A DNA stretch of 64,000 nt from Vicinamibacterales bacterium (GTDB taxonomy: Bacteria; Acidobacteriota; Vicinamibacteria; Vicinamibacterales; 2-12-FULL-66-21). Below the pieces are notes generated by a model. The model was given only the letters and a program-made list of their open reading frames with translations. It had not been told where the DNA came from and did no database searches. Each line of letters starts with the position of its first letter. The stretch's first letter is position 1. Shown here in pieces: positions 29,072 to 38,720 of the stretch. Location of the stretch: contig JBBQEJ010000007.1 in NCBI GenBank assembly GCA_038320555.1, positions 6,896 to 70,895 on the forward strand. The letters run 5' to 3'. The translations under genes and the position numbers were made by a program.

Positions 29072-31267
29072 ATGCCAATATCGCGCCGGGATTTCCTTCA
29101 CGTCACAACCGGCGCGGGCGCGTTCGGAGCGCTCGGGTCCTCGTTCGTCCCCGCGCGTGACGCCTTGACGTACGCCGCGCAACCGCCGGTCCCCGGCGCA
29201 GGGTGGTTCGACACGCCGATGCGGTGGGTCCAGCTGACGCTCGTCGAGAATGACCCGGGACGCTTCGATCCGCGCTTCTGGCTCGACTACTTTCGTCGTC
29301 TGCACGCCGATGCCGCGACGCTCAGCGCCGGTGGCATTGTCGCGTACTATCCGACCGACGTGCCGCTGCATCATCGCAGCGCCTTTCTCGGAGAGACCGA
29401 CCCATTCGGGACGCTCGTCGCGGGATGCCGAGAGATGAAGATGCGGGTCGTGGCCCGGACCGATCCCCACGCCGCGCGCGAGGAGGTGCGCGTCGCGCAC
29501 CCGGACTGGATCGCCCGCACGAGCGACGGCGAGCCCAGAAAACACTGGGCCAATCCGGATCTGTGGGTCACCTGCGCGCTTGGCCCCTACAACTTCGAAT
29601 TCATGGACCAGGTCCATCGTGAGATTGTCACGAAGTACAAGGTCGACGGCATTTTCTCCAACCGCTGGGCGCCGCAGGGTGGGAACTGCTACTGCGTTCA
29701 CTGCCAGAAGAATTTCAGGGACGCGACCGGCATGGACTTGCCGCGCACCAGCGATCGCCGGGATCCGGCGCGTCGTGCATTCGTCGCGTGGCGCAAGGCG
29801 CGGCTGACGGAATTGTGGAAGCGCTGGGATGCGACCGTGCGCGCTGCCAACCCCGACGCGAGCTTCATTCCCAACGGACCGCCCGACCTCAAAACGGCCG
29901 GCGAGCTTGCCGCGATTCAGTTCACCGACAACCAGGCGCGCCGCGGCGTGACGCCCCCGTGGAACAACGGCCGGCGCGCGAAAGAATACCGGTCGGTCAT
30001 GGGCCGCCGTCCCATCGGTGGGATCTTCAGCGTGGGCCTCGAGGAGGCGTACCGCTGGAAGGATTCGGTGCAGAGCGAACCGGAGATCCGGCTTTGGGTC
30101 GCCCAGGGCACGGCCAACGGCATGCGGCCCTGGGTGACGAAGTTCTCGGGCGTCCTGTATGACCGGCGGTGGTTGCCGATGATCGAACGCATCTACGAGT
30201 GGCACTACGCGCACGAACGATATCTGCGCAACGAGTCCCCGCTCGCGCGGGTGGCGCTACTTTATTCCGAACAGACAGCCGCCGAGCATCCGGGCGTCGC
30301 GCAGGGCGATCGCGCCGAGGATCACGTGCTCGGCATGTACCACGCGCTCGTCGAATCGCGGGTCCCGTTTGAAATGGTCCACGAGGCGGTCCTCACCCCG
30401 GATAGGCTCGATCATTTCAAGCTGCTCATCCTCGCCGACGCCGCTGCGCTGTCTGATGCGCAGTGCCGCGCGATCCGCGAGTATGTGGAACGCGGCGGGA
30501 GCGTGCTGGCGACGTTTGCCTCCTCGCTGTACGACGAGACTGGCCGGCGCCGCGAGAACTTCGGCCTTGCCGATCTCTTCGGCGTGTCGTTCGGCGGCCG
30601 CATCGACGGCCCGATGCAGAATTCCTATCTGAGCCTCGATGGCGACCCGTCGACCGGCGCGCGGCATCCGGTTCTTGCAGGGCTCGAGGACACGCCCCGC
30701 ATCATCAACGGGGTCTTTCGTCTCGATGTCCGGCCGGCCATTGATTTTCCGTCGCCGCTGACGCTGATTCCGACCTATCCCGACCTCCCGATGGAAGATG
30801 TCTATCCGCGGGTCGGGCACACAGCGACCCGCGAGATCTATCTCCGCGATCTCGGCCGCAGCCGCGTGGTGTACATTCCCTGGGACATCGATCGGACATT
30901 CTGGGACGTGATGTGCGTCGATCATCTGCGCCTTCTGCGAAATGCGATCGAATGGGCCACGAATGAACCGGCGCCCGCGATCGTCGAGGGGCCGGGCATT
31001 CTCGATGTCACGGTGTGGCGCCAGCAGGCCTCGATGACGGTGCATCTCGTCAACCTCACGAACCCGATGATGATGAAGGGACCGCTGCGCGAGGTCGTCC
31101 CCGTCGGGCCTCAGCTGGCGCGCATCCGACTCCCTGACGGGCTGCGACCGCGGAAAGTTCAGCTGCTGACCGCAGGCACAACGATCACCCCACGGATGGT
31201 GGGGGAGGTGTGCACGGTGACGGTGCCGTCCGTCGACGTGCACGAAGTCATCGCGATTGATTTGTGA
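29072..31267 (+). CDS. Tat-exported glycoside-hydrolase-like protein with beta-galactosidase trimerisation-like domain
   Basis: SRRDFL Tat motif, VDGIFSN, CYCVHC, LILADAAALSDAQCRAIREYVERGG. Confidence 0.8.
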   Translation: MPISRRDFLHVTTGAGAFGALGSSFVPARDALTYAAQPPVPGAGWFDTPMRWVQLTLVENDPGRFDPRFWLDYFRRLHADAATLSAGGIVAYYPTDVPLHHRSAFLGETDPFGTLVAGCREMKMRVVARTDPHAAREEVRVAHPDWIARTSDGEPRKHWANPDLWVTCALGPYNFEFMDQVHREIVTKYKVDGIFSNRWAPQGGNCYCVHCQKNFRDATGMDLPRTSDRRDPARRAFVAWRKARLTELWKRWDATVRAANPDASFIPNGPPDLKTAGELAAIQFTDNQARRGVTPPWNNGRRAKEYRSVMGRRPIGGIFSVGLEEAYRWKDSVQSEPEIRLWVAQGTANGMRPWVTKFSGVLYDRRWLPMIERIYEWHYAHERYLRNESPLARVALLYSEQTAAEHPGVAQGDRAEDHVLGMYHALVESRVPFEMVHEAVLTPDRLDHFKLLILADAAALSDAQCRAIREYVERGGSVLATFASSLYDETGRRRENFGLADLFGVSFGGRIDGPMQNSYLSLDGDPSTGARHPVLAGLEDTPRIINGVFRLDVRPAIDFPSPLTLIPTYPDLPMEDVYPRVGHTATREIYLRDLGRSRVVYIPWDIDRTFWDVMCVDHLRLLRNAIEWATNEPAPAIVEGPGILDVTVWRQQASMTVHLVNLTNPMMMKGPLREVVPVGPQLARIRLPDGLRPRKVQLLTAGTTITPRMVGEVCTVTVPSVDVHEVIAIDL

Positions 31268-31277
31268 GGAGCGATAC

Positions 31278-32087
31278 GTGGAGCGACGAACCTTTCTGAC
31301 GTCTGTCTTGGGATCCTCGATGCTGGCCACGTTCGCCGCATCGAAAGGGGAGGCGGGCCAGGCCCCGGCGGGTCAGCCGTCGCCGGAGTTCTATGTCTGG
31401 CGGCAGTATGTCGTGCGCAACGGGCCGCAGCCTCGCGTCCTCGCGGATTTTCTGCGCACTGCCGCCATTCCGGCGTTGAACCGCTTGGGGCACAAGCCGA
31501 TTGGCGCGTTCGAAGTGGTCGCGGGCGCCCCGTCGCCGACGGTGTTCCTGCTCACTCCCTGTTCCTCGCTCGACAGCCTGGCGGCGCTTGACGCGGGACT
31601 GGACGCCGACGCGGAATACACGCGCGCAGGCGCGCCGTACATCGACGCACCGGCGACCGATGCGCCCTACGTGCGCCAGGAGGTGTCGCTGCTGGCGGCG
31701 TTTCCAAAGATGCCGCGGATCGAGGTGCCCGCGGCGACGGCGGCAAAAGGCCCGCGTCTTTTCGAGCTGCGGACTTATGAAAATCCCAGCGAGAAGGCGC
31801 AGCGCGCCAAGATCCGGATGTTCAGCGACATGGGAGAGATCGAGATCTTCCGCCGCTCGGGCCTGACGCCGGTGTTCTTTTCGCGCACGATTGTCGGACC
31901 CCACATACCCAACATTACGTATATGCTGGTGCACGAGAACACGGCGGGGCGGGAGAAGAGCTGGGACAACTTCCGGAACGATCCCGAGTGGAAGAAGCTC
32001 GCATCAACGCCCGGCTACAGCGACGCCGAGATCGTGTCGAACATCACGACCGTGCTGCTGCGGCCCGCGGCGTATTCGCAAATCTAG
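31278..32087 (+). CDS. NIPSNAP-family protein (Tat signal)
   Basis: ERRTFL; FELRTYE...PNITYML...WDNFRNDPEW...LRPAAYSQI. Confidence 0.87.
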   Translation: MERRTFLTSVLGSSMLATFAASKGEAGQAPAGQPSPEFYVWRQYVVRNGPQPRVLADFLRTAAIPALNRLGHKPIGAFEVVAGAPSPTVFLLTPCSSLDSLAALDAGLDADAEYTRAGAPYIDAPATDAPYVRQEVSLLAAFPKMPRIEVPAATAAKGPRLFELRTYENPSEKAQRAKIRMFSDMGEIEIFRRSGLTPVFFSRTIVGPHIPNITYMLVHENTAGREKSWDNFRNDPEWKKLASTPGYSDAEIVSNITTVLLRPAAYSQI

Positions 32088-32195
32088 CGACTGGCGGCTA
32101 GCGGCTAGAGACTGGCGGTACGAGAGAGAAGAATGGGAGCGCGCTCCGTTTCTCTCTTCCTCCTGTGTGGTTTCTCGCTAACCGCTAACCGCCAG
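32084..32195. repeat. Heptamer inverted array between convergent genes
   Basis: ctagcga ctggcgg ctagcgg ctagaga ctggcgg ... tcgctaa ccgctaa ccgccag. Confidence 0.7.
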
Positions 32196-32208
32196 GCGCG
32201 AGCCGCGA

Positions 32209-33675
32209 TTACGTAGACGACGGAATGTCGAACCCCTTCCGGTATTGCCGAGTCAGCAGTGCGTCGGCCTTCTTGTCGTCGACGAACGCTTCCTTCTTGC
32301 CGTCGAACACAAGCCCGTGCCCGACAAGGTACGAGATGTTGCCGAGGTGCGGCAGCGTCGATGTGTAATGTCCTTCGAGCACGTCGCAGGCGAGCGTCTT
32401 CGGATCGCCCGAGCGTACCGCGTCGACGAAGTTCTGGTAATGCGCGAACCCCTCGGAGGAAGGCGCTGGCCCCGCGGGCGGATGCGCCTCGTAGTCGGCG
32501 CCGGGGCCTTTCTCGTTCTTCGGTCCCAGGTGCGACTGCCATGCGCTGCCGTTGCCGTCTATCCAGACCCAGCCTTTGGAGCCATAGAACAGGTTCCCGA
32601 CGCGCTGCGTGCCTTCATCGTTCGTGAATTCGCCGCGCGTGGCGAATTCGAGGATCGTGCCGTCGGCGTACTCGAAGAGCGACGTCTGTGTGTCGGGCGT
32701 TTCCTGTGACGATTCGGCGCCGAAGTACCCGCCCACGGATCGAATCTTGACCGGGTGCTCCTGCTTCTTCAGGCCCCAGCGTGCGATGTCGAACTGGTGC
32801 GGACCCTGGTTGCCGCTGTCGCCGTTGCCGTAATCCCAGTGCCAGTGCCAGTTGTAGTGAAAGCGGTTCCGATTGAAGGGGCGTTTCTCGGCGGGTCCGA
32901 GCCACATGTCGTAATCGACCTTCGAGAGGTACTGCTGATCGTAAGCCGGTTCGGGCGTCGTCGAGGTCACAGTCAGCGAGTATTTTTCACCCGGCGCCAT
33001 CGGTCCGTCGGGGTACTTGCCGATCGCCGGCCGCGGCTTGAAGCACAGGCCGCGCGCCATGTAGATCTTCCCGATGCCCCCGTCGTGCAGGAACTTGATC
33101 GCTTCGATCACGGCTGGACGGCTGCGGTTCATCGTGCCGATCTGGACGGCCTTGTTGTAGCGCGTGGCCGCCTCGACCATCTTCCGTCCTTCCCAGACGG
33201 TGTGCGACGACGGCTTCTCGACATACACGTGCTTGCCGGCCTGCAGCGCCCAGATCGTCGCGAGCGCGTGCCAGTGATTCGGCGTGGCGATCACGACCGC
33301 GTCGATGTCCTTGTCGTCGAGAACGCGACGAAGATCCTGGACGAAGCCAGGCTTGAAGGTCGTCACATCCGACAGGCGCGAATCATTGATGCGCTCGGGC
33401 GCGAGATTCGCGTCGATGTCACACAGCGTCTTGATCTCGACGTTCGGCACTCGCGCGAACCCGCGCTTCAACGCGTTCCCCTGCCCTCGGATGCCGATGC
33501 TGGCGGTCACGACGCGATCGTTCGCGCCGAGAATCCTGTTGCCGACGTGCGGCGCCGCGTCCGCGCGCGCCGTCAACAACTCCGCGCCGACCGCCACGCC
33601 CGCTGCCGCGGCCCCAAGCCGCGCCGCAAAGTCGCGACGCGAGATGCCGTCCTTGTCGTTCGAATGACCCGCCAT
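32209..33675 (-). CDS. Gfo/Idh/MocA oxidoreductase (Tat)
   Basis: SRRDF, IGIRGQG, IATPNHWH, VYVEKP, NQGPHQFD. Confidence 0.92.
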   Translation of the reverse strand: MAGHSNDKDGISRRDFAARLGAAAAGVAVGAELLTARADAAPHVGNRILGANDRVVTASIGIRGQGNALKRGFARVPNVEIKTLCDIDANLAPERINDSRLSDVTTFKPGFVQDLRRVLDDKDIDAVVIATPNHWHALATIWALQAGKHVYVEKPSSHTVWEGRKMVEAATRYNKAVQIGTMNRSRPAVIEAIKFLHDGGIGKIYMARGLCFKPRPAIGKYPDGPMAPGEKYSLTVTSTTPEPAYDQQYLSKVDYDMWLGPAEKRPFNRNRFHYNWHWHWDYGNGDSGNQGPHQFDIARWGLKKQEHPVKIRSVGGYFGAESSQETPDTQTSLFEYADGTILEFATRGEFTNDEGTQRVGNLFYGSKGWVWIDGNGSAWQSHLGPKNEKGPGADYEAHPPAGPAPSSEGFAHYQNFVDAVRSGDPKTLACDVLEGHYTSTLPHLGNISYLVGHGLVFDGKKEAFVDDKKADALLTRQYRKGFDIPSST

Positions 33676-33763
33676 TCTGAGTCTCCTGTTGATAGTCGTC
33701 ACCGGGCCGCCAGGCGGCAGCCTGGACGCGTACGGAAATATGCTAACACTGGGCGGCAGTATT

Positions 33764-33823
33764 CTTCCGCCTAAAGGCGGAAGCCACAAAGAGAAAGGGG
33801 AAGCTTCCGCGTTGAGCCGGAAG
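33764..33823. repeat. REP doublet (GTGG-headed palindrome)
   Basis: cttccgcct-aa-aggcggaagccac plus a degenerate partner gcttccgcgttgagccggaag; related copy near 52272-52323. Confidence 0.7.
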
Positions 33824-33912
33824 AGCTAGGGCCAGGCGCCAGTCGCCAGCGGCGAGTCCCGAATTGCCACCCTCCACCCGCGAACCGCGAGCAGCGAATC
33901 GCGACCCGCGAG

Positions 33913-34424
33913 TCATCGATCCGGCAGCGCGGCTGGCGCCCGCATCGTGATCCCCTTTCGATCTGTCGTGATGGTGAAGCGGCGATCCGGCTTTACCCCA
34001 TCGGGGAGGGCGTAGGTGACCACGTATTGGGCGGCGAGGTGACGTAGGGCACGACCGTCGTGTTGCGGAGTCCGACCGTAATCAGCGACATCTCCGCCGT
34101 GCCGTTGATCCGCTTCACGAATTCGAATAAGCCGACCCGCGTCGACGGATCCGGTGCGAGCCGTTCTTCGACCAGCAGGGCGATGTGCGGGCGAGCCTTC
34201 GCCGGTTTAGCCTTAACGATCTCTCGATCCTTCCCGCCTTCCTTGACCTTGAGGTCCGCAGGCGTGAGATCTGTAACGGGGCCGCCCTTCGGGTCGGTAA
34301 TCGTCACGTACACCATTCGGTTCACTGCCAGGGCGGCCAGGGCTGTGACGTGGGAAACGGCCATCGACAGAACGATCACCAAGGGGACGAGCGTCGGGCA
34401 TGAACGGCCGGCAGTTACACGCAT
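33913..34424 (-). pseudogene. VWFA-related secreted protein remnant (internal deletion plus frameshift)
   Basis: N-terminus VYVTITDPKGGPVTDLTPADLKVKEGGKDREI; after NTTVVPY another frame reads HLAAQYVVTYALPDGVKPDRRFTITTDRKGITMRAPAALPDR*; the central core is absent. Confidence 0.7.
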
Positions 34425-34487
34425 CGCACGGAACCTCCGGGCGCAGTATAAGACGGCTCGGGGCGCCGGACCCAGTGCAGGGCTCAG

Positions 34488-34522
34488 CTGGAAAACCGGA
34501 AACTGGAAACTGGAAACTGAAA
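34488..34522. repeat. Heptamer tandem array
   Basis: ctggaaa(a) ccggaaa ctggaaa ctggaaa ctgaaa. Confidence 0.8.
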
Positions 34523-34532
34523 CACGCAGCCT

Positions 34533-35642
34533 TCATTTATTCAGCGTCAACGGGATTGCCGCTTTCGGTTGCGCCGCGTTGTAGTCTTCCCCGAGCAATA
34601 GCGCGATCGTTGCCGCCGCCTGCGACTGTGTGACCGTCATGTCCGGCCGCACGCCCAACTGCGGCACGCCGGGCCCCATCACCGCCATCCATATCTGATC
34701 CGATTCGGGAACCTTTTCGCCATGGCTGGTCCAGTTCTCTGCGGTATTCCCACGCCCGTGATCGGTCGTCAGCACGAGCGCCGTGCGCCCTGCGTACTCG
34801 GGCAGGGACTGGGCGGTCTCCCACAGCCGGCGGATGAACCGGTCATTGCGCCACGCGGCATCCAGATACAAATCGTACCGGCGGCCGTGTGCCCATTCGT
34901 CGGTCTCGCCGAGCATCACGAACAACACGCGAGGGCGGTGCTTCTTCAGATACTCGAGCGCGCCGAAGCCGGTTGGCGCATCCGCGCGCGTCTCACCCCA
35001 GTACGGCGGCAGGTCGGCGGCGAAGTCGTTGAGCGTTCGCTCCCGCTCCGTCTGTGCGTCAACGACGGGCATGCCATCGCCGTTCGACGGGATATGGCTT
35101 CGCTCGGTGTTGAGGATCCAGGGCAGCAGTTCCCACGACGCAAAGGCCGCGATCTTGCCGGTAAGGCCTGGCCGTCGGTTGAGCCACTCGAGAACCGTGA
35201 CGTTGGGATTGGACACCCTGTCGTTGCTGTTGATCCGGGGATCTGCAAATCCGGACAGGATCTCGTTGTAGCCGGGGTAGGAGAAGCGCAGCCCGTTGGT
35301 CACGCGTGCAATGCTCTTGTGTGATGGATCCCCAAATATCTGGCCCTGGTTGGCGACCGCTGTCCAGAAAAACGGCATCAGCTTTTCGCGTCGCTGTTCT
35401 GGTGTTACGCCCCCGAACCGTCCCTCCAGCCCGGGAGCGTCGGAAACCCCACCGCCTTTGGGCGTCAAGAGATCGCGGGACATCCCCCCGAAGACTTCCT
35501 GCCACCGCATCCCGTCCATCGTGACGACGAGGACGTTGCTCGCCGGCTTCACCGGCGGCTGTTGAGCCGGCGCAGCGAGGAGGACGGCAATCGAGAAGGG
35601 CCACAGAAAGAAGAGCTTGAGCGAAGCCGGCAGTTGTCCCAT
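34533..35642 (-). CDS. Alkaline-phosphatase-superfamily protein
   Basis: VVTMDGMRWQE, FSYPGY, GETDEWAH, TTDHGRG, SHG. Confidence 0.85.
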   Translation of the reverse strand: MGQLPASLKLFFLWPFSIAVLLAAPAQQPPVKPASNVLVVTMDGMRWQEVFGGMSRDLLTPKGGGVSDAPGLEGRFGGVTPEQRREKLMPFFWTAVANQGQIFGDPSHKSIARVTNGLRFSYPGYNEILSGFADPRINSNDRVSNPNVTVLEWLNRRPGLTGKIAAFASWELLPWILNTERSHIPSNGDGMPVVDAQTERERTLNDFAADLPPYWGETRADAPTGFGALEYLKKHRPRVLFVMLGETDEWAHGRRYDLYLDAAWRNDRFIRRLWETAQSLPEYAGRTALVLTTDHGRGNTAENWTSHGEKVPESDQIWMAVMGPGVPQLGVRPDMTVTQSQAAATIALLLGEDYNAAQPKAAIPLTLNK

Positions 35643-35752
35643 GGGGGCGCATTATACGCGGCCGAAAAAGAGAGCGGGCGTAGAATCGGAACGGCCAAAC
35701 CGCGGGGAGGACAGTCCAAAGGTCGATCGTTTCTTGTTTCGAGGAGGCGTCC

Positions 35753-36994
35753 ATGCTGAAGCGCCGTGGCGTCATGATTCTGGGCCCCTTTGTCGTGGCA
35801 ACGAGCCTTCTTGCGGCGAGTGCACAGGGTCCGCATCCGGGGACCGCCGCTTCTGACTTGACCGTCCATGAATGGGGCACCTTTACGACCGTTGCAGGTG
35901 CCGACGGCCAGGCCGTTCAATGGCGCCCGTTGAGCGGACCAGCTGACCTGCCGTGCTTTGTCACCGCGCTCAATCCCGGCAGCATCAAGACCGACCGTGG
36001 CGGCGTGCCAGGACTCAAGGCCACCGTCCGCATGGAGACGCCGGTTCTGTACTTCTATTCGCCCCGCGAGCAGACCGTGCGCGCCAAGGTGGAGTTTCTG
36101 CAGGGCGTGATCTCCGAGTGGTACCCACAAGCACACGTACCGCAGGCTATCCCCGCGCGAACGATGGCGGGCGGGTTCGGGAGCATCGAGTGGAACGATG
36201 TGAGGGTCACCCCCGGGGCGAAGCCGAATCTGCCGACCGACTCCGGGAAAAGCCACTACTACGCGGCCCGCGAGACTGACGCGGCTTCGCTGCAGGTCGG
36301 GTCGCAGCAGGAGAAATTCCTGTTTTATCGCGGGATCGCCAACTTCCCGGTCCCCGTGTCCGCGACGGTTGCTCGCGACGGCACGATTGCGGTGAAAAGC
36401 ATCGGGGAGTACCGGATTGGCACATTCATCATGTTCGAGCGTCGGGGAGACCGCCTCGGCTACCGGATAATCCATCCGCCTGCGAACGAGATGTCTGTCG
36501 AACGTCCCGCGCTGACCGAGAGCGTAGAGTCGCTGCGCGAGGCGCTTGGCGGGCTGCTGGTCGAGCAGGGCCTGTATCCGCGGGAAGCTGCGGCAATGCT
36601 CGAGACCTGGCGCGACTCCTGGTTCGAGGACGGCGCGCGGTTGTTCTACCTGCTGCCGCAAGCCACCGTTGAGGCGATCCTGCCGCTACAGATCCAACCA
36701 CGTCCTGCTACGATCACGCGTGTGTTCGTCGGCCGCATGGAGATCGTGACGCCTGAGATCCAGACCGAGGTCGCGCGCGCGATTCGAAAGAACGATCGCC
36801 AGACACTACGTAAGTACGGCCGCTTCCTCGAACCGTTCTCGTCTGTCGCCCAGGCGCAGCTCTCGGCGACCCACGACGAGGGAAAAATCGAGACCGCGGT
36901 TCGAGCCATTGCCGCAGAACATGCGGCACAGCCGGCAGCGTGTCATGCCGTCACGGCGACGGCCTCAGCGACCGGCTATAATCGCGCTCCGTAA
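35753..36994 (+). CDS. Secreted hypothetical protein (VHEWGTFT motif)
   Basis: GAGGAGG RBS, signal peptide, VHEWGTFTTVAG, VRMETPVLYFY, EKFLFYRG, RVFVGRME; function unknown. Confidence 0.8.
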   Translation: MLKRRGVMILGPFVVATSLLAASAQGPHPGTAASDLTVHEWGTFTTVAGADGQAVQWRPLSGPADLPCFVTALNPGSIKTDRGGVPGLKATVRMETPVLYFYSPREQTVRAKVEFLQGVISEWYPQAHVPQAIPARTMAGGFGSIEWNDVRVTPGAKPNLPTDSGKSHYYAARETDAASLQVGSQQEKFLFYRGIANFPVPVSATVARDGTIAVKSIGEYRIGTFIMFERRGDRLGYRIIHPPANEMSVERPALTESVESLREALGGLLVEQGLYPREAAAMLETWRDSWFEDGARLFYLLPQATVEAILPLQIQPRPATITRVFVGRMEIVTPEIQTEVARAIRKNDRQTLRKYGRFLEPFSSVAQAQLSATHDEGKIETAVRAIAAEHAAQPAACHAVTATASATGYNRAP

Positions 36995-37003
36995 AGGAGC
37001 GCG

Positions 37004-38620
37004 ATGGCTCGTCGTCTGGCACTGATCTTCCTGATCCTTCTGGTCACCGGGTCCGGGCACACTTCCGCCCGGGCTCCCGGCGATCCGCGTCCGATACCGC
37101 GCGCGGCCGGTGTACCACAGTCCTTCGATTTGGTCGTCTACGGGGCCACGGCCGGCGGCGTGATCACCGCGGTGGCGGCCGCGCGTGAAGGCCTGACGGT
37201 CGCGCTCCTCGAACCGGGACGTCACCTCGGGGGCATGGTGTCGGGCGGGCTCGGCTGGACCGACTATGGCCGGAAGGAAGTGATCGGCGGCTTCTCGCTC
37301 GAGTTCTTCGAACGCGTCGGCGCGAGATATGGCCGGCCCATCGAATGGCACTTCGAGCCTCACGTGGCCGAGGCGGTGTTCAACGACCTTGTCAAGGAAG
37401 CCGGCGTGCGCGTGTTTCTCAATCATCGGCTGCGCGCGAAGAACGGCGTTGGTAAATCGGGCACGCGCCTCATAGAGATGCTCACGGAAGACGGCACGTC
37501 CTTCCGCGGCAGGATCTTTGCCGACGCCACGTACGAAGGCGATCTGATGGCGCAGGCGGGCGTGTCGTACACGTGGGGCAGGGAAGGAATCAAGGAGTAC
37601 AACGAATCGCTTGCGGGCGTGCGCGACCACACGCCGCTCCACCAGTTTCGCGCGGCTGTGTCTCCTGTCGGCTCGTCAGGCAAACCGCTTCCCGAGATCA
37701 TGCCGCGGTCGAACGATCCCGTCGGGGCCGCCGACAAGCGCGTGCAGGCCTACAACTTTCGGCTCTGCATGACGAAGACGCCTGAGAACCGCGTGGCCTG
37801 GCCGAAGCCGGCCGGCTATCGAGCGGCACGTTACGAACTGCTCGCGCGGTATCTGCCCGCATTCGAGAGGGAGCTCGGCCACCCCTTGGGCATCAACGAC
37901 GTCATGAAGGCCGACATCCTCCAGAACGGCAAGACCGACACGAACAACAACGGCGCGTTCTCGACCGACTACATCGGCGGTAGCTACGGGTATCCGGAAG
38001 GCAGCTACGCCGAGCGCGCGCGCATCCGGCAGGCTCATGTCGACTACGTTCAGGGCTTTCTGTACTTTCTTTCGACCGACCCGCGCGTGCCGGCCGCTCT
38101 CTCCGCCGAGATGAAGGAGTGGGGGCTTTGCCGCGACGAGTTCGTCGACGCCGATCACTGGCCGTATCAGCTGTACGTGCGCGAGGCGCGGCGCATGGTG
38201 GGCGAGTACGTGATGTCGCAGAACGACATCCAGACCGAACTGGGCAAGCCGGACGCGATCGGGATGGGGTCGTATAACAGCGACTCCCACAACGTCCAGC
38301 GCAGGCCGACCGAGGATGGCACGGCGGTCGAGAACGAAGGGGACATGCAGGTGCGCGTGACCCCGTACGAGATTCCGTACCGCGTCATGCTGCCGAGGCG
38401 GACCGAGGCCACGAATCTCCTCGTGCCGGTCTGTTTTTCGGCGACACATGTGGCGTACTCGACGCTACGGATGGAGCCTCAATATATGATCGTCGGCCAC
38501 GCCGCCGGCGTGGCGGCTAAAATGGCGATCCAAGGGCAACAGGCCGTGCAAGACATCGACACGCGCGCGCTGGCGGCGAAGCTGAAATCGCAGCGCGTGG
38601 TACTGTCCGAAAGCAAGTGA
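37004..38620 (+). CDS. Secreted FAD-dependent oxidoreductase
   Basis: VVYGATAGG, GGMVSGGLG, DATYEGDL, YVREARR, SATHVAYSTLRMEP. Confidence 0.88.
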   Translation: MARRLALIFLILLVTGSGHTSARAPGDPRPIPRAAGVPQSFDLVVYGATAGGVITAVAAAREGLTVALLEPGRHLGGMVSGGLGWTDYGRKEVIGGFSLEFFERVGARYGRPIEWHFEPHVAEAVFNDLVKEAGVRVFLNHRLRAKNGVGKSGTRLIEMLTEDGTSFRGRIFADATYEGDLMAQAGVSYTWGREGIKEYNESLAGVRDHTPLHQFRAAVSPVGSSGKPLPEIMPRSNDPVGAADKRVQAYNFRLCMTKTPENRVAWPKPAGYRAARYELLARYLPAFERELGHPLGINDVMKADILQNGKTDTNNNGAFSTDYIGGSYGYPEGSYAERARIRQAHVDYVQGFLYFLSTDPRVPAALSAEMKEWGLCRDEFVDADHWPYQLYVREARRMVGEYVMSQNDIQTELGKPDAIGMGSYNSDSHNVQRRPTEDGTAVENEGDMQVRVTPYEIPYRVMLPRRTEATNLLVPVCFSATHVAYSTLRMEPQYMIVGHAAGVAAKMAIQGQQAVQDIDTRALAAKLKSQRVVLSESK

Positions 38621-38720
38621 CGCCCCGTGGATCAACAGGTGTCTCCCCTTTCTCACCGTCTCCTGTGGGATCGTGACGGCGCAGAATGTCCGAACCGTAT
38701 CCGCACTGGATGGAGTTGAC

